A stretch of DNA of 64,000 nt from an uncultured Chloroflexia bacterium. Lineage in GTDB: Bacteria; Chloroflexota; Limnocylindria; Limnocylindrales; CSP1-4. The stretch covers positions 1,792,001 to 1,856,000 of the forward strand of contig CAWEZH010000002.1 of NCBI GenBank assembly GCA_963813535.1. Direction: 5' to 3'. Position 1 is the stretch's first letter. Every line of letters starts with the position of its first letter. The translations under genes were made by a program, and so were the position numbers. The notes under the pieces are model-generated. The model saw only the letters and a list, made by a program, of their open reading frames with translations. It did no database searches and was not told the origin of the DNA. Shown here piece by piece: positions 18,419 through 28,448 of the stretch.

Positions 18419-19339
18419 TCACGAGGGTCGAGGTGACGGCTGCGGACTCGTCTTGGGCTTCGGGGCGTGCTGGGGCAGCACGACCAGCGGGTCGATCCGG
18501 GCGATCTGGAAGGCCGGCACCTTCATCCGCTTCACGACGGCCGGGTCGATGGCGAACGTCGCGGTCTCGAGGGGGCTGAACAACCCGTAGTGGAGGTGGC
18601 AGCCGGATGCGCGACCGGTGGCACCCTCGAGACCGAGGAACTGGCCGGCCTTCACGTTCTGGCCCTTCTTGACGACGATCCTGCTGAAGTGGGCATAGAC
18701 ACTTCGGTAACCGTTGCCGTCGTCGATGACGACCGTGATCGGCAGCGTCTGCCACAGGTGCTTGCTATCGAGCCGATGGGTGTAGGGCTTCAGATCGCCG
18801 ACCCAGCCCATCGCCTGGTCGAACCGTCGGCCTGCCGCGACGACCCTGCCGGCATGCGCGGCGACCACCCGATCACCACAGAACGTCGCCAGGTCGATCC
18901 CGTCGTGGAAGCTCTTGCCCTCGACCAGTCGCGATCCCCACGGGGACGGACCGAAGGGCAGCGTCAGACGGCCGTGGGCCAGCGGCGACCGATAGCCCTC
19001 GAGCAACTCGGGCGCCACCGGGGTGGGTGCGAGCGACGGTGCCGAAACGCCGGGCGGCGACGGTCGTGCACTCGGGCGGACGACCGGCGCGGCCGGCGGG
19101 ACCGTCGTGAGCGCGGCGACCGGTTCGGGCGTCGCGATCGCACCCTGCACGTCGCCCGCCCTGCCGAATGGCCCGTTCGCGAGCGTCGACGCTATGGCCG
19201 CCGTGGCCGCCACGACCACGACGAGACTGGCAGCGCGGCGCACCCGACGTCGACGGCGACTGCCGTCGCGTTCATCGAGCGGGCGCGGGAGGTTGGCCAG
19301 AGGGCCCGGCTGGCGGCCGGTGTGACGGATCCCGGGCAT
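18419..19339 (-). CDS. M23 family metallopeptidase
   Basis: HDGID, YAHF, GCHLH motifs; N-terminal TM/signal. Confidence 0.88.
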   Translation of the reverse strand: MPGIRHTGRQPGPLANLPRPLDERDGSRRRRRVRRAASLVVVVAATAAIASTLANGPFGRAGDVQGAIATPEPVAALTTVPPAAPVVRPSARPSPPGVSAPSLAPTPVAPELLEGYRSPLAHGRLTLPFGPSPWGSRLVEGKSFHDGIDLATFCGDRVVAAHAGRVVAAGRRFDQAMGWVGDLKPYTHRLDSKHLWQTLPITVVIDDGNGYRSVYAHFSRIVVKKGQNVKAGQFLGLEGATGRASGCHLHYGLFSPLETATFAIDPAVVKRMKVPAFQIARIDPLVVLPQHAPKPKTSPQPSPRPS

Positions 19340-19371
19340 GGGCGGTCATGGTATGCGAACCTGACGTCGAT

Positions 19372-20163
19372 ATGGCCGAGAGCCCGATCCGACCGCCGCT
19401 CGACGCCCCGGCCTCGGCATACGACAGGCACTGGATCGCCGCGCATCTCGCCGAGGAGCGACGAGCAAGTTCCCTGCTCGGCGAGATCCGCGAAGTGGTC
19501 TTCGGTCTCCAGGACGGCCTGGTCTCGACGCTCGCTGTCGTCGCGACCGTCGCCGGTGCCACCGGAGGGGCATTCCCGGTCGTCGTCGCCGGCATCGCCA
19601 GCGCACTCGCCGGGGTCTTCTCGATGGCTGCCGGCGAGTACATCGGCAGCAAGAGCCAGCGCGAGATCTTCGACGCCCAGATCCACGAGGAGCGCCACGA
19701 GGTCGATGAGCGCCCGGGCGAGGCGGAGGCGGAGGTCGCCTTCATGCTCGCCGAGGAAGGGCTTGGCGATGAGGATGCGCAGCGCATCGCCGCCCTCATG
19801 GCTCGCCATCCCGAGGTGCTCCTTCGGACCATGGTGACCCGCGAGCTCGGCATCCAGGTCGACGACCGTGGAGGGACCGTGCTGCGCGGCGCCGTGTTCA
19901 TGGGGGCCGCCTTCGGCATCGGCGCGCTGGTGCCGATCCTCCCGTTCCTGCTGCTCCCGTTCTCCACGTCACTACCGGCGGCCGTGATCGCGACGGGCGC
20001 GGTCCTGTTCGGGATCGGCGTCGTGAAGAGTCGCTGGACGCACCGCTCTGCGGCCGCGTCGGGCCTGGAAGTGCTCGTACTCGCGGCCGTCGCGGGTGTC
20101 GCCGGCTACCTGTTCGGGACGGTCCTGCCGGAAATCCTGGGTGTCGCCGGGATCACCGGCTAG
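19372..20163 (+). CDS. VIT1/CCC1 family Fe/Mn transporter
   Basis: REVVFGLQDGLVS, SMAAGEY, RELG, PILPF. Confidence 0.9.
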   Translation: MAESPIRPPLDAPASAYDRHWIAAHLAEERRASSLLGEIREVVFGLQDGLVSTLAVVATVAGATGGAFPVVVAGIASALAGVFSMAAGEYIGSKSQREIFDAQIHEERHEVDERPGEAEAEVAFMLAEEGLGDEDAQRIAALMARHPEVLLRTMVTRELGIQVDDRGGTVLRGAVFMGAAFGIGALVPILPFLLLPFSTSLPAAVIATGAVLFGIGVVKSRWTHRSAAASGLEVLVLAAVAGVAGYLFGTVLPEILGVAGITG

Positions 20164-22870
20164 GGGCGAGTCGCGCTCGAGCTGGCGCTGCGCCCACCCT
20201 GGCGGATCGCTGCCAGGACGCGGTCCGGCGTGGCCGGTACGACATCCATCCGGACGCCGGTCGCGTGGCGGATCGCGCCGAGGATCGCCGGTGCGGTCGG
20301 GATGAGGGCCGGCTCACCGACGCCCTTCGCGCCGAATGGCCCGGCCGGCTCGGCATCCTCCACGAGGATCGTCTCGATCGGCGGGATGTCGCCGATGGTC
20401 GGGATCAGGTAGTCGTGCAGGTTGTCGGTCCGGCCGGCCCGGTACTCCTCCATCAACGCGAACCCGAGGCCCTGGGCGATCCCGCCGTGGATCTGGCCCT
20501 CGACGAGCATCGGGTTGATGGCCCGACCGACGTCGTGCGCCGCGACGATCCGTCGGACGGACGTGGTGCCGAGCTCGAGGTCGACATCGACGACGGCGAT
20601 CTGCGCGCCGAACCCGTACGTCTCGTAGGGGATGCCCTGCCCGTCGGCATCGAGCGGCGTCGTCCGTGGATCGTAGCTCCCCTGCCCGACCAGGACGCAG
20701 CCGTCGGCGTCCTCGGGTAGCGCTCCGAGGTCCGGGCCGGCCATCTCGATCCGACGCAGCAGGTCGTCAGCCGCCAGCCGCGTCGCATTGCCCGACACGA
20801 ACGTCTGCCTCGACGCCGACGTCTTCCCGGCGTCGGCCGTACGGTCGGTGTCCCCGGTCACGAGATCGATCGTGGAGAGGGGGACGTCGAGTGCATCGGC
20901 CGCGATCTGACTCAAGATCGTCGACGAGCCCTGCCCGATATCCTGCGCGCCGCTGAACAGGACATAGCGACCATCGCGCCGGATGCCGATACGGATCGTC
21001 GATGGATTGGGCAGCGACGTGTTGCCGATGCCGTACCACATCGCCCCGATCCCGACGCCGCGCCGCGTGGGTCGGCCGGTCGCCGCCACCTCCGCATTCG
21101 AGCGTCGAGCGTCGTCGATCTCCTCCTGCCACGCCGGCCGCAGCGCCTCGAGGCACGGCGCCAGCCCGGCGCTGGCCTCCAGGACCTGGCCCGTGGCGGT
21201 CGTGGAACCGGCCCGCAGGACGTTCCGCAGGCGGATCTCGAGGCGGTCGAGACCGAGCTCCTCGGCGACATCGTCGATGAGCGCCTCGTGGGCGATCGCG
21301 GCCTGCGGGACGCCGAACCCGCGGAAGGCGCCACCGATCGGACCATTCGTGTAGATCGCGCGCGACGTGGCGCGCACCGCCGGCATGACGTAGGGGCCCG
21401 TCGCGTGCACGGGGACCCGGTTGGCCACGGTCGGTCCCCACGAGGCGTAGGCGCCCGTGTCGAAGTCGCCGTGGAAGTCGAAGGCGGTGAACCGACCGTC
21501 TGCGTCGGCACCGAGCGTGGCGGTCATCACGGCCGGGTGGCGCTTGGTCGTCGAACGCATCGATTCAGGACGCGTGTAGACGCATCGGACCGGTCGATCG
21601 AGCACCCACGCAGCGATCGCGACCAGCGGCTGGACCGCCATGTCGAGCTTGCCGCCGAACCCGCCACCACACGCCGTCGGTACGATGCGGACGCGCTCTG
21701 GAGCGATGCCCAGGACCAGCGCGACCTCGTCGCGGTCCATGTAGGGCGTCTGGGTCGAGACGACGACCGTGACCCGGTCACCTTCGCGCACCGCGTAGCC
21801 GGCTTCGGGCTCGATGTACGCGTGCTCGACGTGGCTCGTCCGGAACGTCCCGGTCGCGGTCGCTGACGAGCCGCGACAGGGCAGATGCGACGTCGCCGCG
21901 AGCGACCCGCCCGCTCGTCAGGACGTTGCCGGTCGACGCCTCGTGGAGCTGTCGCGCGCCGCCGGCGACGGCGTCGGCCGGGTCGATCAGCGGTTCGAGG
22001 GGTTCCCAGGCGATCGGCACCTCGTCGTCCGCGATGGCGGCGATCGTCGACGCGTCGCCGACCAGCGCCGCGACCGCCTCGCCGCGGTAGCGGACGTAGC
22101 CGTCGGCGAGCGCCGGCTGATCCTTGCCCGTCGCATAGATGCCGTAGCGGTTCTGGCCCGGGACATCGGCGGCGAGCAGGACCCGTTCGAGTCCGGGATG
22201 CGCGTCATGCAGCGTCGCCAGGTCGCCGACCGTGAACCGCGCGTGGGCGTGCGGCGAGCGCACCACCCGAAGATGCAGCACGCCGGCCGGGAGCACGATC
22301 CGCGCCGAACGCGCTGACGCCGGTGACCTGGTCGATCCCGTCGATGCGCGCGACGCGGGCACCGACCGCCGCGCCGGGTGGCGGGAGCGACGGCGCCTCG
22401 ACCCCATCGATCGACGTGACGGCGTCGATGATCTTGCGATAGCCGGTGCAGCGACACAGGACGCCGCCGAGCGCGGCCAAGACCTGGGCCTCGCCTGGCG
22501 CTGGTCGTGCGTCGAGCAATGCATCCGCGGCCATGAGCATGCCGGGTGTGCAGATCCCGCACTGTGCCCCGCCGGTCCGCACGAACGCGGCCTGGACGGG
22601 TGCCAGTTCGCCGTCCCGGGCCAGGCCCTCGACGGTCGCCACGTCGCGTCCGTCGACCTGGCCGAGGGGCACGAGACACGCGCACACCGGTTCGCCGTCG
22701 AGGCGCACCGTGCACGCCCCGCAGTCGCCGGCGTCACAGCCGACCTTCGTCCCGGTCATCCCGAGGTCATCCCGGAGGACGTCGCTCAGCCGCCGGATCG
22801 GATCGCCCGCCACGGCCACCTCCCGGCCGTTGACGAGAAAGGTCGTGGGGCGAGCGGCGACGTCGGTCAC
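20160..22870 (-). CDS. xanthine-dehydrogenase-family molybdoprotein, fused [2Fe-2S] + Moco subunits (nicotinate dehydrogenase NdhS-L-M-like); +1 frameshifts near 22293 and 21873
   Basis: GCDAGDCGACTV, QCGICTPG, CRCTGY; GGGFGGK, AFRGFGVPQ, WYGIGNTSLPNP, SASRQT, AKGVGE. Confidence 0.88.
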
Positions 22871-23703
22871 GCCAGGAGCTCCGCGACGGCGCGGCGGACC
22901 AGGGTCAGCGCCGCGTCGCGTCGATAGGTCCCGGTCCCACGGACGTCATCGATCGGCGTTAGGCCTGCGAGGTCGTCATCGACGATCCGTGCCGCCAGTG
23001 ACGGCGCCGCGACCTGACCGGCGAGGCGAGCCTCGACCGCCTCGACCCGCATCGGCACTTCGGAACAGGCGCCTACCACGATCCGTGCCGCTGCCACGCG
23101 CCCGCTCTGGTTGACGTCCACGACCGCGGCGATGCTGGCGATCGAGATCACGAGGTACTTCCGCGACCCGAGTTTGAGGAAGGTGGAGCGGGCGGTCGCC
23201 GATGGTTCGGGGACGATGATCGCCGTCACGAGTTCATCCCCGCGCCGGGCCGTCCTGCGATTGCCTTCCACGAAGTCGCCGACGGGCATCTCCCGCCGCC
23301 CGGCCCGTGAGGACAGCTCGACGCGCGCGTCGAGCGCCATCAGGTTCGGCAGCCCATCGGCCGCCGGCGACGCGTTGCACAGGTTGCCGACCACGGTCCC
23401 GCGATTCTGGATCTGGACCCCGCCGATCGAGCGCGCCGCGGCCTTCAGGCCATCGAAAGCCGCTGACAGCTCGGCGCGCACCAGGTCGGTCCAGGTGGCG
23501 AGGGCCGGGATCCGGACGACGCCGTCAGATATGGATATCGCGCGCAGCTCAGGCAGGGCGCTGACGTCGAGGACGTCATCCGCGATCGGTCGGCCGACGT
23601 TCGCGGGATACACGTCGGTCCCGCCGGCGAGCATCGTCCACGGCCGCTCAGCGAGCGCCCCGAGCGCCTCGTCGAGGCTGGTCGGTCGCAGGTAATCGGC
23701 CAT
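22867..23703 (-). CDS. FAD-binding subunit of the molybdenum hydroxylase (NdhF/CoxM-like)
   Basis: LAGGTD, QIQNRGTVVGNLCNASPAAD, PIDDVRGT-x-x-YR. Confidence 0.9.
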   Translation of the reverse strand: MADYLRPTSLDEALGALAERPWTMLAGGTDVYPANVGRPIADDVLDVSALPELRAISISDGVVRIPALATWTDLVRAELSAAFDGLKAAARSIGGVQIQNRGTVVGNLCNASPAADGLPNLMALDARVELSSRAGRREMPVGDFVEGNRRTARRGDELVTAIIVPEPSATARSTFLKLGSRKYLVISIASIAAVVDVNQSGRVAAARIVVGACSEVPMRVEAVEARLAGQVAAPSLAARIVDDDLAGLTPIDDVRGTGTYRRDAALTLVRRAVAELLA

Positions 23704-23708
23704 GGCCG

Positions 23709-24692
23709 TCAGTCGTGCAGCCGCGGCAGGACGTCGGACGCGATGCGCTCGAGCGTCTCGGGGCTCCAGTCGAGCGGGTTGAGGATCACGTGCTCGACGC
23801 CACCGAGCGCCTCGATCTTGCCGCGGATCCGGTCGGCCAGTGCCTCGGCCTCGCCGAGCAGATAGAACTCCTGCCAGTAATCGAGGTCCATACCCGAGAA
23901 GACGCGGAACCTCGGGGCTGCACTCTCCGGCGATTCGCCGGGCCCGAGGACGTGGATGAAATTCGAGTAGACCTTGGTCATCTCGTCGGGGTCGCGCCCG
24001 AGGCCGGCCATCTCTTCCCGGATGATCGCCCAATCCCCGGCGACCATCTCGGCCGTCGCCGACGAGTGGGGTACCCACGTCGATGCGTACTTGGCGATGC
24101 GCCGGAGTACGGGCCGGATCGTATCGACCGACTGGCCGTAGATCTTCTCGGACGGCTGGGTCCCGCCGCCGATCCAGATCGGCGGATGCGGTCGCTGGGC
24201 CGGCTTCGGCTCGATCGTCAGGTGTTCGAACCGGTAGAACTGTCCCTCGTAGCTCACGTCGTCACCCGCCCACAACGCGGTGATCGCCTCGAGCATCTCG
24301 TTCATCCGGCGACCCCGCTCACGAAGCGGGATGCGCAGCGCCTCGAATTCGCCGGGGTGCCATCCGACACCGACCCCGAGGATCGAGCGTCCGCCGGACA
24401 GCACGTCGAGCGTCGCCCACTCCTTGGCGAACGCGACCGGATCGCGGAAGGGGAGCACCAGGACGAGGGTCCCGAGTCGGATCGTCCGGGTGACGCCGGC
24501 CAAGCCCGACAGCAACGACACCGGCTCCAGCCAAGTCGTTCGATAGGCCGGCGGCGCGACGAGCAGGTGGTCGATGAGGAGCGCGCTCTCGAAGCCGAGG
24601 TCCTCCGCCCGTCGCAGGTAGGCCCCCATGTCGGCAAGGCTCGCCGTCTCCGAACCGAGCGCGAAGCTGGGGAGCCGGAGGCCGAAGCGCAT
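23709..24692 (-). CDS. LLM class flavin-dependent oxidoreductase (probable F420-dependent type)
   Basis: AEDLGF...DH, IRLGT, ATLDVLSGGR, GVGW, PKP..PHPPIWIGG. Confidence 0.88.
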   Translation of the reverse strand: MRFGLRLPSFALGSETASLADMGAYLRRAEDLGFESALLIDHLLVAPPAYRTTWLEPVSLLSGLAGVTRTIRLGTLVLVLPFRDPVAFAKEWATLDVLSGGRSILGVGVGWHPGEFEALRIPLRERGRRMNEMLEAITALWAGDDVSYEGQFYRFEHLTIEPKPAQRPHPPIWIGGGTQPSEKIYGQSVDTIRPVLRRIAKYASTWVPHSSATAEMVAGDWAIIREEMAGLGRDPDEMTKVYSNFIHVLGPGESPESAAPRFRVFSGMDLDYWQEFYLLGEAEALADRIRGKIEALGGVEHVILNPLDWSPETLERIASDVLPRLHD

Positions 24693-25876
24693 CAGTGACC
24701 GCCGCCGGCGACCGCGATGCCCTTGACGACCTCCGCCATCCGCGTCGCTGGGGCGGTGTTCCGGCTCCGGCCGATGAGCGGCGTCCCATCGACGAGCACC
24801 ATCGAGACGCCCGGGATGTCGCCGTTCGTCAATGCCTCCAGTGCGGTCGTGCCGACCGACCCGACCGGAGCATCGACGATGCACAGGTCGGCGGCCTTTC
24901 CCGGCGCGATCACGCCGGTGTCGAGCCGATGCACGCGGGCGGTGTTTCCGGTCGCGAACGCGACGACGGACTCGGGCGCAACGGCGCCGAGCGACGCGAG
25001 GTGGGCCATCAGCCGCAGGATGCCCAGCGGGATCACGCCCGTTCCGGACGGCGCGTCGTTGCCCAGGATCACGCGCCCGAGCGATCCGGCGTCCGCAGCC
25101 ATGCGCAGCGCGTAGAGCGCGGTCCGGCCGTTGCCGCAATGGACGAGCTCCAAGGCGATCCCCGTGTCGGCGGCGACGAGCCGGTCGATGTCCGATTCCG
25201 GCAACGAGGTCGTCCCGCCGTTGATGTGGCCGGCCACGTCCGGGTCGGCCTCGAGGACCACGTCGGCGCCGATCGCCCCCGACCCGGGTAGCGACGGACC
25301 ACCCGTATGGAACGTCGAGACCATGCCGTGTGCGCGGGCCCAGGCCACCATCGGCGCGGCATCCGCGCCGGACCTCACGGACCCGAGCCCGATCTCACCG
25401 ATCAGCGTGACGCCACCGGCGGCCATCTCGGCGAAGTCGGCCTCGACCAGTCCGTGCTCGAGGATCGGTGCTCCGGCCCGGACCTTCACGCCACCCGGCC
25501 GGAACGTGGCATACGCACGGGCGATGGCGATGGCCAGCGCCTTCAGGCCGACGATGTCCTTGGGCCGGCCCGGCACGTGCGGCTCACCGGCCGAGATCAT
25601 CGTCGTGACCCCACCGTGGAGCGACGACTCGATGAAGTCGATCGTCCGCTGGCGCGGCGTGAAGTCGCCGACCGTCGGGTGCGCGTGTGAGTCGATGAGG
25701 CCGGGTATGACCGTCGTCCCGCCCGCGTCGATGACGACGTCGGCCGACTCGCTGTCGAGGTTGCGTCCCACCGCCTCGATTCGACCGTCGATGATCGATA
25801 TCGAGTCGCCGTCGAGCAGCGGCGCGTCGATGTCGCCCGAGACGACCTGGCCGATGCCGGTGATCAGCGTCCGCAC
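24692..25876 (-). CDS. ena: enamidase-like amidohydrolase
   Basis: IGQVVSGDI, PGLIDSHAH, PRQRTIDF, LHGGVTTMISAG, PGRPKD, HINGG, GNDAPSGTGVIPLGILR, SRNT: motifs recalled from Eubacterium barkeri enamidase. Confidence 0.85.
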   Translation of the reverse strand: MRTLITGIGQVVSGDIDAPLLDGDSISIIDGRIEAVGRNLDSESADVVIDAGGTTVIPGLIDSHAHPTVGDFTPRQRTIDFIESSLHGGVTTMISAGEPHVPGRPKDIVGLKALAIAIARAYATFRPGGVKVRAGAPILEHGLVEADFAEMAAGGVTLIGEIGLGSVRSGADAAPMVAWARAHGMVSTFHTGGPSLPGSGAIGADVVLEADPDVAGHINGGTTSLPESDIDRLVAADTGIALELVHCGNGRTALYALRMAADAGSLGRVILGNDAPSGTGVIPLGILRLMAHLASLGAVAPESVVAFATGNTARVHRLDTGVIAPGKAADLCIVDAPVGSVGTTALEALTNGDIPGVSMVLVDGTPLIGRSRNTAPATRMAEVVKGIAVAGGGH

Positions 25877-25886
25877 GATCGATGCC

Positions 25887-26459
25887 TCAGCGCAGGCCGT
25901 CCTCGCCCACGGCGTCGGATGCCGCGAGCCCTCCGATCCGTGCATGTGGCCGGCCGGCATTGGTGACAGCCAGCGCGAGCAGCAGCTCGTCGGCCCCCGG
26001 CGCGTCCGGTACGGAGATGGTGACCGCATCGAAATGGGAGCGGACGAGCATCGCCTTGATGTGGTGGACCGGGATGTCGAGCGTTGCGCCCATCGCGGCA
26101 CGCTTCTTGACCGACGGCAGGATCGACACGCCGTTCGTGCGGGTACGGGTCGGCTGCCCGAACTTGGGGTGAAGGACCGCGGCGACGTGCTCGAGCTCGC
26201 CGTGCTCACCGACGATGCCGCCCTTGCCATACGCCTCGACCGGTCCTTCGAGCGCCTCCTGGCAGCGACGGGTCAGCTCGTCGCCGAGGTACTCGCCGAA
26301 GTCGATGAGCTCCGCCAGGTCATCCGACCACGTGCCGGCATACGGGTTGGTGCAGATGACCGCGACGGCGACGCGCCGAAGCGGACGCTCGAGATCGCGC
26401 TCGCCATCGACCACGATCTCCTCGCGGAACGTCGCCCATTTGCGGATCCTGATGGCCAC
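25887..26459 (-). CDS. 'amino acid synthesis' family protein (DUF1185)
   Basis: IRK, NPYAG, AYGKGGIVG..GELEH, RSHFD, DAPGADE, GRPHARIGGL; GGAGGAGG RBS. Confidence 0.85.
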   Translation of the reverse strand: MAIRIRKWATFREEIVVDGERDLERPLRRVAVAVICTNPYAGTWSDDLAELIDFGEYLGDELTRRCQEALEGPVEAYGKGGIVGEHGELEHVAAVLHPKFGQPTRTRTNGVSILPSVKKRAAMGATLDIPVHHIKAMLVRSHFDAVTISVPDAPGADELLLALAVTNAGRPHARIGGLAASDAVGEDGLR

Positions 26460-26560
26460 GGTGCTCCTCCTCCGACCAGTCCGCCGTCGCTCCCTACCCG
26501 CACAGACTAGAATGTCCACGCCAACGGCCGGTGGCAAACCGACCTGGCGAGGATGGTCGC

Positions 26561-27355
26561 GTGGAAGAATCACACGCTGATTCCCGAAGGGCGCTCGTGC
26601 TCCACGATCGATCGATGGTGGTCGATCTCATCCAGCTCACGCTGAATCACGGCCTGTTCATCGTGAGTGCGGCCCGGGACCTCGCCGAGGCACAGGCGAT
26701 CATCGCTCGATGGCGTCCGCACATCGGCGTCGTCGACATGGACCATGCCGACAGCGCGCGATTGCTGCGTGTGCTCGGCGTCTCGAGCACCCTGGACAGG
26801 AGCGTGACGCCGGTCCTCGGCCTGACGCGTCGCGGCGACCTCTCCACCAAACTCCGCGCCTTCGATCTGGGCGTGGACGACATCCTGACGGTGCCCTTCT
26901 CGCCGGAGGAGCTGCTGGCTCGGTGCGTCGTCATCGCTCGGCGTTCGACGGGGAATGAGCGGCCGATCGTGCCGACGATCACCATCGGCGAGATCGAGAT
27001 CGACATCGTCAATCGACAGGTTCGAGCGGGGGACTCGGTCATCCACCTGAGCGGGATCGAGCAAAGCCTGCTGTACCTCCTCGCGAGTCGGAGCGGCCGC
27101 GTGCTCACGCGCGACGACATCCTGGACGCGATCTGGGGGACGGATTTCGTCGCCGAAAGCAACATCGTCGATCGCCACATCCGGAGTCTGCGCATCAAGC
27201 TCCAGAACGACTACCGGCACCCTCGCTTCATCGCGACCGTCCCCGGTGTCGGATACCGGTTCATCCCGACCTTCTCGAACCAGGGATGGCAGGACGGTGT
27301 GGCCGCCGGTGGAGGAGATCCCGAGTCTTCCACAGGAGATGACGAGTCGTCATGA
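26561..27355 (+). CDS. OmpR/PhoB-family response regulator with atypical receiver
   Basis: GVDDILTVPFSPEELLAR; winged helix SNIVDRHIRSLRIKL...IATVPGVGYRF. Confidence 0.88.
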   Translation: MEESHADSRRALVLHDRSMVVDLIQLTLNHGLFIVSAARDLAEAQAIIARWRPHIGVVDMDHADSARLLRVLGVSSTLDRSVTPVLGLTRRGDLSTKLRAFDLGVDDILTVPFSPEELLARCVVIARRSTGNERPIVPTITIGEIEIDIVNRQVRAGDSVIHLSGIEQSLLYLLASRSGRVLTRDDILDAIWGTDFVAESNIVDRHIRSLRIKLQNDYRHPRFIATVPGVGYRFIPTFSNQGWQDGVAAGGGDPESSTGDDESS

Positions 27356-27387
27356 CGAGGGGCGCATGGCGGCACAGAGTAGTCTGA

Positions 27388-27444
27388 GGCACCCGCTGCG
27401 GAGTGGTGTCTCGTGAAGGGGGCGGCGCCACTCCGCGCGTGCCC
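27388..27444. terminator. GC-rich hairpin between convergent genes
   Basis: GCGGAGTGGTGTC / GGCGCCACTCCGC arms. Confidence 0.5.
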
Positions 27445-27491
27445 TCTCCGACGGTCGCGGGGCGGGACTCCCGACGACCACCTGCAGCTGG

Positions 27492-28448
27492 TCAGGCGGT
27501 GATCGCCACCGGGCCACGCAGCCGCGCCAGGATCTCGCTCAGGCTCGCCTCGGCCATCCCGACGACCTGGTCGGCGGCGCCGTAGTAGACCAGCAGTCGC
27601 TCACCATCGTCGTCGAGCGTCCAGCCGCACGGGAACACGACCCGCCCGACATCCCCGATGATCTCGTATGGTGCCGCGGGCCCGAAGGCCCACTCGTCCA
27701 TCCGACCCACGACCACGCTGGGGTCATCGAGATCGAGGAGCGCGAACCCAGCCCGATAGATGGGTCCGTCCGAGGTCGTATGTACGCCGTGATACATCAC
27801 GAGCCAACCGGCCGACGTCTCCAATGGCGGCGGCCCCAGACCGATCTTCCCGGCATCCCACCAGGCGCCGTCACGCGCCTCGAGCAACAGGGTGTGATCG
27901 CCCCAATGCCGCAGGTCCGGTGAGAACGACAGCCACATGTGCGCGCCGCCGCGCAGCGGGGACGGTCGATGGATCATCGCCCAGCGGCCGTCGAAGCGGC
28001 GCGGGAACAACGCCGCGTCCTTGTCCTCGGGCGGCATCACCGGCCCCAGACGCCGCACCGTATGGAAGTCTCGCGTCATCGCGAGCGACACGAGGGGGCC
28101 ACGTCGGCTGTACGCGGTGTAGGCGATCGCCCACTCTTCGAGCTCGGGCAGCCACGTCAGCCGCGGATCCTCGCAGCCCCAGATCTCCTCTGGATAGTGC
28201 TCGACGTCGGGTCGCAGCAGTGGCTCCGGATCGAACCCCCAGTCCGCGACGCCATCCGGACTTCTCGCGACATGGAGCGCGGAGATGCCCCGCATGTCCT
28301 CGATGCGTGTCAGCAGGATGGTCTCGTTCCCGACGCGAGCCGCCCCAGGGTTGAAGACGGAGTTGGCGGGGTAGGGAACGTCAGCAGCGGTGAGGATCGG
28401 GTTGGCGGGGGAACGTTCGAATAGCGTGGCGCTCTTCGGACCCGTCAC
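27492..28448 (-). CDS. GH130-family glycosidase / beta-mannoside phosphorylase
   Basis: VFNPGA, GCEDPR, DKDAALFP, HRP, KIG, VVFPCG, YYGAAD. Confidence 0.9.
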   Translation of the reverse strand: MTGPKSATLFERSPANPILTAADVPYPANSVFNPGAARVGNETILLTRIEDMRGISALHVARSPDGVADWGFDPEPLLRPDVEHYPEEIWGCEDPRLTWLPELEEWAIAYTAYSRRGPLVSLAMTRDFHTVRRLGPVMPPEDKDAALFPRRFDGRWAMIHRPSPLRGGAHMWLSFSPDLRHWGDHTLLLEARDGAWWDAGKIGLGPPPLETSAGWLVMYHGVHTTSDGPIYRAGFALLDLDDPSVVVGRMDEWAFGPAAPYEIIGDVGRVVFPCGWTLDDDGERLLVYYGAADQVVGMAEASLSEILARLRGPVAITA

